Positions 63,885 through 64,000 of a DNA stretch of 64,000 bases are shown here, piece after piece. Numbering within the stretch: position 1 is the first letter of the stretch; every line of letters starts with the position of its first letter. Origin of the DNA: an uncultured delta proteobacterium (GTDB lineage: Bacteria > Desulfobacterota > Zymogenia > Zymogenales > Zymogenaceae); assembly GCA_963735595.1 (NCBI GenBank), contig CAVTLK010000001.1, positions 96,001 to 160,000 of the forward strand, in the 5' to 3' direction. Position numbers and translations under genes: made by a program. A model generated the notes under the pieces. The model was given only the letters and a program-made list of their open reading frames with translations, did no database searches and was not told where the DNA came from.

Positions 63885-64000
63885 ATGGGTCGTAAGATAA
63901 CCATAGAACCGGTAACACGCATCGAAGGTCACGGACGTGTAACAATACATTTGGATGATCAAGGCGCGGTAGAAAAAACTTTTTTCCATGTTGATGAATT
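63885..64000 (+). CDS. hoxH: NiFe hydrogenase large subunit (5' partial)
   Basis: MGRKITIEPVTRIEGHGRVTIHLDD; GAGGAG RBS. Confidence 0.88.
   Translation, partial: MGRKITIEPVTRIEGHGRVTIHLDDQGAVEKTFFHVDE

Noticed and set aside
1..64000. CRISPR array, rRNA, IS element or prophage
   Set aside because: No regularly spaced repeats, rRNA signatures, transposase or phage genes were seen.

Overview
Chromosomal segment of an anaerobic Gram-negative bacterium; the class III cytochromes c3, sigma-54 regulator and group 3 NiFe hydrogenase suggest a Desulfobacterota/deltaproteobacterial lineage (inference). Many GC-rich genes are split by single-base indels that look like uncorrected long-read errors, so split ORFs are merged here. 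Left to right: TPR/mazG housekeeping region; a MerR-headed cluster of three paralogous lipoprotein phytoene-desaturase/retinol-saturase-like flavoproteins interleaved with two tetraheme cytochromes c3 and followed by a NusG-II protein (the best candidate for an undescribed periplasmic redox system); Fe-ADH, geranylgeranyl-reductase-like and SDR genes; tRNA-Val; a V4R/multi-PAS phosphorelay/orphan PilB-GspE block; a GH36-isomerase-aldolase-kinase sugar cluster; Pat-type acetyltransferase, BON-LysM and plsC; an ~18 kb integrase-less island bounded by a 49-bp tRNA-Thr repeat that carries a sigma-54-linked osmoprotection cluster (KamA-family radical SAM, MscS channels, TreT-like GT, TPS/TPP fusion, CLC); a Moco/Tuco riboswitch upstream of an NAD(P)-dependent aldehyde dehydrogenase; and the start of a hoxU-Y-H hydrogenase operon.
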